This document shows, in pieces, positions 30,701 through 40,431 of a DNA stretch of 64,000 nucleotides. Each line of letters opens with the position of its first letter. The first letter of the stretch is position 1. Source of the DNA: an uncultured delta proteobacterium (GTDB lineage Bacteria; Desulfobacterota; Desulfobacteria; Desulfobacterales; JAFDCJ01); the NCBI GenBank assembly GCA_963769935.1, contig CAVYNY010000009.1, forward strand, positions 192,001 to 256,000, written 5' to 3'. The notes below the pieces were generated by a model that had not been told where the DNA came from, ran no database searches, and was given only the letters and a program-made list of their open reading frames with translations. The position numbers and the translations under genes were made by a program.

Positions 30701-31030
30701 TGGTTGGGATGGTTGGGATGGTTTTGAGCGTTAGGATCGTTAAGAGGGTTAAGATCGTGGGGGACGTTGAGGTCGTTGATCGTTTATTGTTGATGGTACG
30801 TAGTTGGCAGCTGATAGAAAAATAGATTAGATAAACTCTCCAGGAGGGGGCGTCATGGCCGCGAAGGCGGGCATCCAGAAGCTTTTCCTCAATCGGCCAC
30901 CCTTTAAACTACGAACTATCAGCTATCAACTTTGAACTTTATTATCTGTCCTGCTATGCTGACACCTGAAACCTTTTTTCTATCTTCTGTCATCTGTCTT
31001 CCGTCAACTGTCCTCCGACCTCGGTTTTCC
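30701..31030. repeat. Repeat cluster: 9-mer GGTTGGGAT/GATCGTTAA, 7-mer AACTATC, CGTC-type REP (30851-30878), GCTGACACCTGAAACC, 7-mer TCTGTCn
   Basis: Read directly. CGTCATGGCCGCGAAGGCGGGCATCCAG resembles CGTC-family REPs. Confidence 0.8.
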
Positions 31031-34000
31031 GGCCCCGGCGGGTAAACAAATCGTGGATATCCCGGACAATCAGGTAAAGCGAGGGAACATAAAGCAGCGT
31101 TAGGATGGTGGCCGCCGTCAGGCCGAAGCAGATGCTTACGGCCATGGGAATCAGAAACTGGGCCTGAAAACTGCGCTCCAGCAGCAGTGGAAAAAGTCCG
31201 GCAACCGTGGTGACGGAGGTGAGCAGAACCGGCCGGAACCTGGCCTTGCCGGATTCAATTACGGCCTGTTGGACGTCAACCCCGTCGCGCACCGCCCGGT
31301 TGATGAAGTCGATCAGAATCAGCGAATCATTGACCACGATCCCCGAAAGGGCCACGATCCCGAAAACGCTGACGATGGTAAATTCCAGCCCCATCACGAG
31401 GTGGCCCAGAATGGCGCCGATAAGGCCGAAAGGAATGGCCGTCATAATTATTACCGGTTGCATGTAGGAACGAAACTGACTGGCCAGCAAGAGGAAGATA
31501 CCCATCATGGCCAGCAGGTACCCGCTTTTTATGCTGTTCAACGACTCACGGGTCCGCTTTTCCTGACCTTCAAAATCATAGGTCAACCCGGGATATCGTG
31601 CCGTCAGGGTCGGCAGAAAATTGGCCTGCAGATCTGCCACGATCATACTGGCATTGCCGATGGTTTCGTCAATATCAGAAATGACGGTGATGGTGCGTTT
31701 GCGGTCGACCCTGTTTATGACGGAGTAGGCCCTGCCGGGCGTTACGGCAGCCACCTCTTCTATGGGGATTTGCCCTCCATTGGAAGTGCGGATGCGCATT
31801 TCTTCTATTCCGGATAAGCTGCGTCGTTCTTCATCGGCATATCGCACCATGACCTTGACATCATCGCGCCCTCGCTGAATGCGCAGCGCTTCCTCGCCAT
31901 AAAACGCCTGGCGTATTTGCCGGGCAAGGTCCCGCATGGTGACCCCTATGGATCGCGCGCCTTCCCTTATCCGAACTTTTTGCTCCTGTTTGCCGGGCTT
32001 GAAATTATCGGAAATGTCGAAAGTGCCGGGATAGGTGGCAATTTCGGTTTTCAACTCGGCAGCCGCCAGTTTGATTTGATCAAAATTCTGTCCACTGAGT
32101 TGAATTTCAATCGGGTTTCCGGCCGGACCGCCCTCCAGGGTTGAAAAGGTCAACTTTTCGATTCCCGGAATTTCCCCGATCAGATCACGCCACTTGGCCA
32201 GAATGGTATGGGTTGAGACGCCGGCGCGCTTCTCGGAAGAGGCAAGCTCCAACCATACCTGACCGACGTGACCGCCATATTCCGGCGGCTTCCAGTCTCG
32301 CCGGGGAATGGCACCGACAATTGAAAATGTGTTTTTAACCAGTCGGCCGTTTTTTTTTGAAAAGTCAGAGAAAACCGAATTGAGTTCAAAAGATTTTTTT
32401 TCAAGAAGCTCGATGCTCTCTCCGGTTATTTTAAAGGGCGTTCCGAGCGGATAGACAACTTCCGCCACAATCCAATCGCTTTCGCCTTTCTGAAAAAAAA
32501 CAAAAGGGACATATCCTGCGGCAACGACACCCAGACTGATAATCAGCACGCCGACGCCGATGGAGAAGGTAAAATATCTGTTTTTTACCACATATCTGAT
32601 CGCCGGTGAATACAGCCGGTCAATCACGGTATTCAATCCCCGCTCTACTTTCTCGCGCAGGCGTTCGTGCCAGGAGGTCAACCCGCCGGATTTATTTTCC
32701 GAATGCGTCAGGGCATGGTGCAGATGAGACGGCAGGATGACAAGAGCCTCTCCCAGGGAAACGAGCAGGATAATAATCACAGCCAGGGGCATGACCGCAA
32801 TAAATTTGCCCATGATGCCTGATATGAATAGCAGGGGCGCGAAGGCCACCACCGTCGTGGCGACGGCCATCACCACCGGTACGCCGACTTCTTTTAAGCC
32901 GTCGATCACCGCCTGAGTCGGGGATTTGCCGCTGCTGTAATGCGAATAGACATTTTCTCCCACAATGATGGCATCGTCCACCACGATGCCGAGGGTCATG
33001 ATAAACCCAAACAGCGAGATCATATTTATTGTTTGGTCAAATCCGCTCAGCACCATGAACGCCGCCATAAAGGCAACTGGTATCCCGAAGGCCACCCAGA
33101 AGGCCAGACGCAAGTTCAGAAACAGGGCGAGGGTAATAAATACCAGGACAATACCCTGTAAACCGTTGCGCAGCATTAAATCAATGCGGTCTTCAACCAT
33201 GGTGGAGATATCGCCCCAGACGGCGACGTCAAGATCCTGCGGAAGCTTGTCTCGGTGAGTGGCTACATAATTGCGGGCAATATTTGCAATTTCAATGATA
33301 TCCTGCTCGCTGGTTCGACTCACCTGGACAATGGCGGCCGGCTTTCCGTTAAACCGCGTCTTGATGTCGAGATCTTCAAACCCATCGATGACCTTCGCAA
33401 CCTGCCCGAGCTCTACAACCGTTCCGTCATTCAAAGTAATCAGGGGAATCTTCTCAAACTCCCGGCCGGTGTAAAGCTGGCCCTTGGCTCTGATCAGAAT
33501 CTCACCCTGATCGGTTTTGATTGTGCCTCCCGGAAGATCGATGCTGCCGGCCCTCACCGCACTGACTACCTGATCGAAAGAAAGACCGTAGCGGCGAAGA
33601 TTTTCTTCCGAGACTTCAACTGATATTTCGTAGTCACGAACGCCGATCAGATCGATTTGGGTGATGGATTCCGGTTGTTTGAACCTGAAGCGGTTGAGGA
33701 GGGAGACAAATTTATCCTTAAATCCGCCCAGGCCTGTGTGCGAAACCGCCCTGGCATCCAGCAGGTCGTCGCGGATTTTTTCGGCAGCCTGACGCAAACG
33801 GTTTTCGGAAACGTCACCGAAAATCGCTACGGAAATGGTCGGGTCCTGGTTAAGAATCTCCGTCACCACCGGCTCTTCGGCCTCATCGGGAAAAGTGTCG
33901 ATGCGATCCACTTCCGATTTGATTTCATCCAGAATTTTTCTTACATCGGTTCCGGTTTCAAGTTCGGCGACGACGTCACCCTGCCCTTCCCGCGCGGTGG

Positions 34001-34247
34001 ATAAAAGACGCTTTATGCCTTCAATGCGCTGGATGGCTTCCTCGATCTTAATACAAATACCCTCTTCCACTTCTTCCGGACTCGAACCGGGATAAACAAC
34101 CGATACAACGATCATGTCCAGCGAAAACTGCGGGAACAATTCGCGCCGCATCTTCAATACCGTAAAGATCCCGGCCACGATAATAAATATCATGATCAGA
34201 TTCACGGTAACGTTGTTTCTAATACTCCATTTGCCGAGGGCATGCAT
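30990..34247 (-). CDS. RND efflux transporter permease (AcrB family)
   Basis: 1085 aa; GIVVDDAIIVGEN, GIVVNDS, RFRPVLLTS. Confidence 0.95.
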   Translation of the reverse strand: MHALGKWSIRNNVTVNLIMIFIIVAGIFTVLKMRRELFPQFSLDMIVVSVVYPGSSPEEVEEGICIKIEEAIQRIEGIKRLLSTAREGQGDVVAELETGTDVRKILDEIKSEVDRIDTFPDEAEEPVVTEILNQDPTISVAIFGDVSENRLRQAAEKIRDDLLDARAVSHTGLGGFKDKFVSLLNRFRFKQPESITQIDLIGVRDYEISVEVSEENLRRYGLSFDQVVSAVRAGSIDLPGGTIKTDQGEILIRAKGQLYTGREFEKIPLITLNDGTVVELGQVAKVIDGFEDLDIKTRFNGKPAAIVQVSRTSEQDIIEIANIARNYVATHRDKLPQDLDVAVWGDISTMVEDRIDLMLRNGLQGIVLVFITLALFLNLRLAFWVAFGIPVAFMAAFMVLSGFDQTINMISLFGFIMTLGIVVDDAIIVGENVYSHYSSGKSPTQAVIDGLKEVGVPVVMAVATTVVAFAPLLFISGIMGKFIAVMPLAVIIILLVSLGEALVILPSHLHHALTHSENKSGGLTSWHERLREKVERGLNTVIDRLYSPAIRYVVKNRYFTFSIGVGVLIISLGVVAAGYVPFVFFQKGESDWIVAEVVYPLGTPFKITGESIELLEKKSFELNSVFSDFSKKNGRLVKNTFSIVGAIPRRDWKPPEYGGHVGQVWLELASSEKRAGVSTHTILAKWRDLIGEIPGIEKLTFSTLEGGPAGNPIEIQLSGQNFDQIKLAAAELKTEIATYPGTFDISDNFKPGKQEQKVRIREGARSIGVTMRDLARQIRQAFYGEEALRIQRGRDDVKVMVRYADEERRSLSGIEEMRIRTSNGGQIPIEEVAAVTPGRAYSVINRVDRKRTITVISDIDETIGNASMIVADLQANFLPTLTARYPGLTYDFEGQEKRTRESLNSIKSGYLLAMMGIFLLLASQFRSYMQPVIIMTAIPFGLIGAILGHLVMGLEFTIVSVFGIVALSGIVVNDSLILIDFINRAVRDGVDVQQAVIESGKARFRPVLLTSVTTVAGLFPLLLERSFQAQFLIPMAVSICFGLTAATILTLLYVPSLYLIVRDIHDLFTRRGRKTEVGGQLTEDR

Positions 34248-34253
34248 CGCTTG

Positions 34254-35552
34254 TTATTCGTTGTTGGGGGTTAGGTATTGGTTAATGGTCTTCACTCTCA
34301 CACTCATCCCATCCACAGCTCCCGACAGCGGCGTATTTATAATCCGATCACCTTCTGATAATCCCTGATCTATGATCACGGTATCTTTATAGCTGCGCAG
34401 CACATTTATTTCTTTTATTTTCAGCTGATTGTCGGTAACGGTGTAAACTATATCTCCCGGATAAACCACATGCCGCGGCAGCACAAAGGCGTCTTTTATT
34501 TCTTTGCCTTTAAGCATTACGGTCACAAACATACCGGGTCTCAAGCGGAAAACACTGGTTTTTTGCCCGGCGGCATCGGCACCGTCGACCTCGATCACCA
34601 CCGGCAAGGTCCGGGTTCTCTCATCCATTTTGGCTTTTACACGGGATAGGCGGCCGCTCCAGATATGGTCCCGGCCGGAATTTTTAAAGACGACATCGGC
34701 TGCAATCGGCGTTGTTTCTCCCATGTCGGCGGGGAGCCATTTAAAATCCTTGGCCGGAATGTTCACCTCAATATCCATCTGTCCGAAGCGGTATATGCTG
34801 CCCAATTGCTGGCCTACATTAACATGCTGACCCACCTCGACTGTTTTTTCTAGAACCCAACCATCAAAGGGGGCCTCGATCATGGAGCGCTCGAGATCCA
34901 GTTGCGCCTGTCGATACATCACTTCAGCCATATCGCGCGCGGCAATCAGCTGTTCTCGCTGGGGTCCGATCAAAGCTATTTGATTTTCAAGTGTCTGAAG
35001 ACGCTCCAGGCTTGCCAGATAGGCCTGTTCGGTTTTATCCAGCTGGGACTGCGCTACGACCTTTTTGGCAACAAGGGCTTTCAAGCGCAAATATTCGTTA
35101 TCGGCCAGATCAAGGTCGGATTTGGCGATTTTAACCCTCGTATCAAGGTTGACGACTTCCTGATCCAGCCGCTTAATTTCCGCCTCGGACTGCTTGATCT
35201 GAACCCTGCGCCGTTCCACTTCCAGTTCATATGTTCTTGGGTCAATCCGGATCAGCCGGGTTCCCTTGTTAATAAAATTGCCCTCTTTAAATGCCGGATC
35301 GATTTCAACGATGGCTCCCTGAACCTGCGCCACCAGCTTAAGAGACTCCCGGGGCGCCACGGTGCCGAAAGACTCGATAACCATCGGTACGTCTTGGGCC
35401 TCAGCCGGGAAGACCTCCACCAGACGCCCTTTTTCAACCGGCACCCGTCTTTCCGCTTTAGGCCGCAAAATAACCAGGGTGGCCGCGATAACAAGGGCCG
35501 CCGCTAGTACAGCCAGAACCCGGAACGTTCGAAATATTGCACCTTTTTTCAT
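34254..35552 (-). CDS. RND efflux periplasmic adaptor (membrane fusion protein)
   Basis: N-terminal TM, lipoyl halves, IEAPFDG, LRPGMFV. Confidence 0.93.
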   Translation of the reverse strand: MKKGAIFRTFRVLAVLAAALVIAATLVILRPKAERRVPVEKGRLVEVFPAEAQDVPMVIESFGTVAPRESLKLVAQVQGAIVEIDPAFKEGNFINKGTRLIRIDPRTYELEVERRRVQIKQSEAEIKRLDQEVVNLDTRVKIAKSDLDLADNEYLRLKALVAKKVVAQSQLDKTEQAYLASLERLQTLENQIALIGPQREQLIAARDMAEVMYRQAQLDLERSMIEAPFDGWVLEKTVEVGQHVNVGQQLGSIYRFGQMDIEVNIPAKDFKWLPADMGETTPIAADVVFKNSGRDHIWSGRLSRVKAKMDERTRTLPVVIEVDGADAAGQKTSVFRLRPGMFVTVMLKGKEIKDAFVLPRHVVYPGDIVYTVTDNQLKIKEINVLRSYKDTVIIDQGLSEGDRIINTPLSGAVDGMSVRVKTINQYLTPNNE

Positions 35553-35714
35553 GCAGATTAATTCCCGCTAAATCTTGGACACGGATAATAATACGGTTCA
35601 TCCACTTGGAAGGCAACCGCCAATTTTTGTTTTTAAACCATATCAATCTGTTTTACAATTAAAATTTTCAGAAATGAAACTTTTCAGAAATCAATTGCAA
35701 AGAATCCCGGCCCA

Positions 35715-35895
35715 GCTTCCTGCCCGTAGGGTCTACAGCCCGGAGGGAGGGCCAACCTTTGACTTCACCCCTGCTTCCGGATAGAAGCGCCTACAGCTCG
35801 GAGAGACGGGTGGTGTTGGCAGTCAGAGAACCCATGGAATAGTGGAATGTCGATGATCCGCCTTTGGAGGGGTGGAAAAATGGAATATTGAATAT
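35715..35895. repeat. Free-standing 35-nt REP-like unit plus degenerate 8-mer (TGGAATAn) tract
   Basis: 35715-35749 matches the inner segment of repeat C at 28/35 positions; TGGAATAGTGGAATGT...TGGAAAAATGGAATATTG follows. Confidence 0.65.
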
Positions 35896-36070
35896 AGCGG
35901 ATCAAAAGCAGATGATGGTCTGACTCCCTTTCAAAGTAAACAGCCGCCTGCTCCGGAGGGGAAACAGACGGCCGGTTCGTATCGTTTCATAAATCATATC
36001 ATGCTCAATGAGTGATCACGATGCATTCCAGTCAACCTGTAAACCAGTCAAATATGCAACGCGTCTTGAT

Positions 36071-37045
36071 CTATTTGCTATCCTGTATTTTTTCCGTCAG
36101 CACGGGAACAAATTCGAGCAAGTCCTGGACCACCCCCACATCGGCGACCTGAAAAATAGGGGCCTTCGGGTTTTTATTGACAGCCACGATAAAGGGGTTG
36201 CCCTTCAGACCGCCCAGATGCTGGAAGGAGCCGCTGATACCCAGCGCCAGATAAACCTTGGGTTTGACCGTCTTGCCGGAAGTTCCGACCTGCCGTGATT
36301 TCTCCAGCCATTTGGCATCCACAATCGGCCTTGAACAGGATACAACGGCACCCATGGCCCGGGCCAGCTCCTCGGCAATTTCAATATTATCCTGGTCCTC
36401 GATTCCTCGGCCGACTGAAACGAGAACATCCTCTTTGGTAATGTCGACATCACCGACTTCGGCGGCGACTATTTCAAGAAAACGCCGGCCGACGACAAGT
36501 TCGCCGACATCCGCCGACTTGTCCACCACCACGCCGCCGGCGGCACCGGCTTCATCCGGTTGAAATACACCCGGCCGAACATTGATCACCGCACCGGCCG
36601 ATATGTCACAGGTCGAATGCGTACTGACCTGCCCGCTGAATTCCTGCCGGACCACCTTGAGCCTGTCACCGTCCGCGCCCTCGAAAGCCACCACATCGGA
36701 TACGAAGACCGAATCCAGTTTAATCGAAAGCCCCGGGCCAAGATCCATACCAAAGGTATCATGGGCCAGGAGCAAAATGGCATCCGCAGGCAGAATGTTC
36801 ACCAGCAGTTTGCGTATGGCTTCGGCGTTGGGATAAGCCAGGGCTTCATTGCCGAATTTCCATACTTCTTTATAATTTGCCGCTACTTCATTGCAAACCG
36901 CATCGAGTTCGGATCCTGAACCGGTGACAATTGCCGTGACCGGTGCGTCCGGATAAATTTTCCCGGCCGCAACCACCAGCTCCCGGGCGGTATCATCGGC
37001 CTTGCCTGCTTTATGAGTAATATAAGCAAAAACCTGTCCGGCCAT
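36071..37045 (-). CDS. etfA: Electron transfer flavoprotein alpha subunit
   Basis: VSVGRG, SRPIVD, QVGTSGKTVKP, GISGSFQH. Confidence 0.95.
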   Translation of the reverse strand: MAGQVFAYITHKAGKADDTARELVVAAGKIYPDAPVTAIVTGSGSELDAVCNEVAANYKEVWKFGNEALAYPNAEAIRKLLVNILPADAILLLAHDTFGMDLGPGLSIKLDSVFVSDVVAFEGADGDRLKVVRQEFSGQVSTHSTCDISAGAVINVRPGVFQPDEAGAAGGVVVDKSADVGELVVGRRFLEIVAAEVGDVDITKEDVLVSVGRGIEDQDNIEIAEELARAMGAVVSCSRPIVDAKWLEKSRQVGTSGKTVKPKVYLALGISGSFQHLGGLKGNPFIVAVNKNPKAPIFQVADVGVVQDLLEFVPVLTEKIQDSK

Positions 37046-37836
37046 TATTTTATCCCTCCTTTGGCTTTTAAGAGTTCGATCAGCTTGTCGGCAATTTCTT
37101 CCAGGCTGCCTTCCAGTATTTCGGCACCCTCGCCGAGCTCGGGAACGAAATAGTCTACCCGCTGCACCCGGGCAGCGGCGGCTCCCACCGCATCAGCGCC
37201 CAGGCCAAGGTCGGAAGCCCCCCAGACGGGAATATCGACTGAGGCGACTTTGCGTATCCCGCGAATCCCGACATAACGCGGTTCATTAATACCGGTCTGA
37301 ATCGAGAGCACGCAGGGAAGGTCAATCTCGTTCATTTCCTGGTTGCCGCCCTCGATTTCGCGCCCGATCTTCAGCTTTTTATCATCCAGAACTTCAATGC
37401 GATTAACCACCGAGGCATAGGGTAGATCCAGCATGGCGGCCAACATTCCGCCGACCTGCCCGGCCCCGTCATCGGCCTGAGCACCGGTAAGGATCAAATC
37501 ATAGTTGCCCTTTTGGGCGGCCGCTTTGAGCATCGTGGCGGTCCCCTTGCCGTCCGCCCCCTCGAAGGCATCGTCGCTCAGCAGGAGCCCGTTGTTGGCA
37601 CCCATTGCCATTTCTCTTCTAACCACTTCTTCGGCTTCCTCATCGCCGACCGATACAACCGTCACTGATCCGCCCACTTTATCCACAATTTGAATGGCTT
37701 CTTCGACCGCATAATTGTCCCATTCGTTCACCGAATAAACGAGATCATCGCGCTCTATATCGCTGCCGGCGGCGGCAACTTCGATCTCGTTTTCGGCGGT
37801 ATCGGGAACTCTTTTGACACAGACCAGAATTTCCAT
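37045..37836 (-). CDS. etfB: Electron transfer flavoprotein beta subunit
   Basis: ILVCVKRVPD, AVEEA, INEPRY. Confidence 0.95.
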   Translation of the reverse strand: MEILVCVKRVPDTAENEIEVAAAGSDIERDDLVYSVNEWDNYAVEEAIQIVDKVGGSVTVVSVGDEEAEEVVRREMAMGANNGLLLSDDAFEGADGKGTATMLKAAAQKGNYDLILTGAQADDGAGQVGGMLAAMLDLPYASVVNRIEVLDDKKLKIGREIEGGNQEMNEIDLPCVLSIQTGINEPRYVGIRGIRKVASVDIPVWGASDLGLGADAVGAAAARVQRVDYFVPELGEGAEILEGSLEEIADKLIELLKAKGGIK

Positions 37837-37876
37837 AACTTTCCCCCTAATTCATTTTATTAATTTTATTGAGATA

Positions 37877-39949
37877 CTATACCGTTACCAGATGCTCGGC
37901 AACAAGTTCACAAAGGTCAATGGCCTGCATTTCGCCCTCCAGGCCGGCGACTTTAATTGCATCTTCAATGTTCACCAGACAGAAGGGACAGGCGGTCACA
38001 ATCACATCGGCACCGGCCTTTTTGGCCATCTCAACCCGCAGCACTCCCATGCGCTGCTCTTCTTCGGGCTCATAAAACAGCATCAGGCCCCCGCCGCCGC
38101 AGCAAAAGGACCGATCCCGGCAGTTGCCCTCCATTTCGATTCGCTTTAATCCGGGGATGCTGTCAATCGCCGCCCGGGGCTCATCATAAAGGCTGTTGTG
38201 CCTTCCCAGATAGCAGGGATCGTGATAGACATAGGTCTTGCCGGCGTCTGCTACCTGCTTGAGGCGGATCTTCCCCGCATTCACATGGCGCACGATGGTC
38301 CGGCTGATATGCTCCACCGGCGGCAGGTCTTTATAGTCTTTTTTCAATGCATTATAGGCGTGCGGGTCGGCAGTGACAATGTTCTTGACGCCGGAGTTCA
38401 GAATCGCATCCGTATTCTGATTCTTTAAATTCTGGAAAAGCATTTCTTCGCCGAATCTTCGAACTTCGTGGCCGCTGTCTTTTTCGTCCTTGCCCAGAAT
38501 GCCGAAATCAATTCCGGCGGCGTTGAGTATCCGGGCGGTTGCCCGGGCGATTTCCTGCATGCGGTCATCATAAGAGGAGATGCTGTCCACAAAGTAAAGG
38601 GTATCGGCGGATTGGCCTTTTTCAAGTACTTTTACGGGACAGTCGGCGGCAATATCCTTGGCCCAGTCGGCCCGTTTGCGCTCCATTTTTCCCCAGGGAT
38701 TGCCGCGCTTTTCAAGCGCACCCAGCGGCTTCTGGAGTGACTGGGGCACCATGCCTTCATCCACCATGCCGCGCCTCAGATCCACCATTTTGTCGATGTA
38801 TTCAATTGCCAGCGGACACTCCTGCTCGCAGGCACCGCAGGTGGTGCAGGACCAGATCTCATCTTCACTGTAGATATCCCCGATCAGAGGCTTCGGCTCG
38901 CCGCCATTGCCGCCGATCCAGGGGTAGTGTTTAAACGCATAGTCGCGGCCTTTAATGGAAATAAACCGCGGTGAAAGGGGGCGGCCGGCGGCATTGGCCG
39001 GACAGCGGTCGGAGCATCTGCCGCAATCGGCGCAGGTGTAGAAATCCAGCATGTGCTTCCAGGTGAAATCCTCGAATACCTTCACGCCGAAGGATTCCAG
39101 ATCGTCCAGCTTTTCATCGTCAATCCCGTAGCGCACGGGTTTGACATTGCCGCGGTCAAGACGCATGAAAAATACATTGAAGATGGAAATAATCACATGG
39201 AAATGCTTGCCCATGGGCAAAAAGCACAGGAAAAAGAAAAAGGTGACTTCATGGATAAAGTAAGTCGTCGAATGCAACCTCTGCAGCGTTGCAAGCGAAG
39301 CCGTGCTGAAAAGGTGCTTGAAAACCCACACCAGCGTCAAAGGTGCCGTAAATTCGGCCTGCAGCCCTTTTTGAATTTGAGCCGCCGCCAGACTGGCTTC
39401 AAACATGCTTTCGCTTAAAACCAGGATCGCAATCAGGCCGAGCACCAAAAGGGCTTCCCACGTATGATCGTGTCCATAGCGGGGCGGCACGGCATAACGA
39501 GCCGGTTTTAAAATTCCCCGCCGAACGGCGGCAACGATAACGACTACCAGGACCCAGGTCGTCGCACAATCCTTTAAAACATTGTAAAATTCACCGAAGG
39601 CGCCGCTGAAGCCCGGCAAATGGAAACCATTCACAAAGCCGATGAACATCAGCTGGGTGGAACGGGCGCCGAGAATTAAAAAACCGGCAAAAAGAAGAAT
39701 ATGCACCACGCCGGCCGGCAGGTAGCGGGGGTGCCGCCATTGGGCCAGCCAAATTTTAAGGACCGACCGGATTCTTTCCGGGATCCGGTTGAAGCGGTCA
39801 TCCGGGGCGGCGCTTAGAAGCGGTGCAAGCCGTCGTGCCATAATATAGGCAAAGGTCCCGATGCCGATCAGCGGAATCAGGATATAAATTATATTGGCGG
39901 GAATACCAAAAATCGTGGCCGCAGCCGGCGAAATCAATACAGGTTCCAT
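37877..39949 (-). CDS. Membrane-bound FeS/CCG oxidoreductase (FadF-like; probable ETF:menaquinone oxidoreductase)
   Basis: TM region with His residues, CADCGRCSDRCP and CTTCGACEQECP 4Fe-4S motifs, YHDPCYLGR, CCGGGGG; directly upstream of etfBA. Confidence 0.88.
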   Translation of the reverse strand: MEPVLISPAAATIFGIPANIIYILIPLIGIGTFAYIMARRLAPLLSAAPDDRFNRIPERIRSVLKIWLAQWRHPRYLPAGVVHILLFAGFLILGARSTQLMFIGFVNGFHLPGFSGAFGEFYNVLKDCATTWVLVVVIVAAVRRGILKPARYAVPPRYGHDHTWEALLVLGLIAILVLSESMFEASLAAAQIQKGLQAEFTAPLTLVWVFKHLFSTASLATLQRLHSTTYFIHEVTFFFFLCFLPMGKHFHVIISIFNVFFMRLDRGNVKPVRYGIDDEKLDDLESFGVKVFEDFTWKHMLDFYTCADCGRCSDRCPANAAGRPLSPRFISIKGRDYAFKHYPWIGGNGGEPKPLIGDIYSEDEIWSCTTCGACEQECPLAIEYIDKMVDLRRGMVDEGMVPQSLQKPLGALEKRGNPWGKMERKRADWAKDIAADCPVKVLEKGQSADTLYFVDSISSYDDRMQEIARATARILNAAGIDFGILGKDEKDSGHEVRRFGEEMLFQNLKNQNTDAILNSGVKNIVTADPHAYNALKKDYKDLPPVEHISRTIVRHVNAGKIRLKQVADAGKTYVYHDPCYLGRHNSLYDEPRAAIDSIPGLKRIEMEGNCRDRSFCCGGGGLMLFYEPEEEQRMGVLRVEMAKKAGADVIVTACPFCLVNIEDAIKVAGLEGEMQAIDLCELVAEHLVTV

Positions 39950-40117
39950 TTAATGATATCGATCTCCCTTTGATGAAATATTTGGTCAAACTAATCTCGA
40001 GCGCAAGTATCTTGCATATCATGAATAGGCCGTTCAGACAAGAGCCGTGTGTGACTGGCGATCAAATGCCGATATAATTGTCTGTCCGTACCTGAAATCA
40101 ACGGTCAGATAAAAAGC

Positions 40118-40431
40118 GCATAGCTCATAGCTGATAGCTGACACAAAGCAGCTGGATTGCTTGGAGGCTGGAAAGGTAAGAAGGTAGACAATGAATCTGC
40201 ATTTTTTATCGCAACCCGACTTCCACCACCCAAAAACCAAAATATAGTAATCCTATGTGCTCTGCTTGCTGTATTCTTCCTTCCGGCTCTCATTCCGCTT
40301 CCCAGCGTCCCAGCCTTTATCCTTTATCCTTTATCCTTTAACCTTTGTTCCTTTAACCTTTGTCCTCCTTTATCCTCAATTCAAACTCAATAAGCTTAAT
40401 AAACTATATCATCCAGCATCAAGCATCCAGT
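40118..40431. repeat. Stacked tandem tracts (TAGCTSA, GCTGGAAn / nTCCCAGC, CCTTTAT, CTCAATAAn, CATCCAG)
   Basis: At least five short tandem families between the acyl-CoA dehydrogenase and FeS oxidoreductase genes. Confidence 0.85.
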
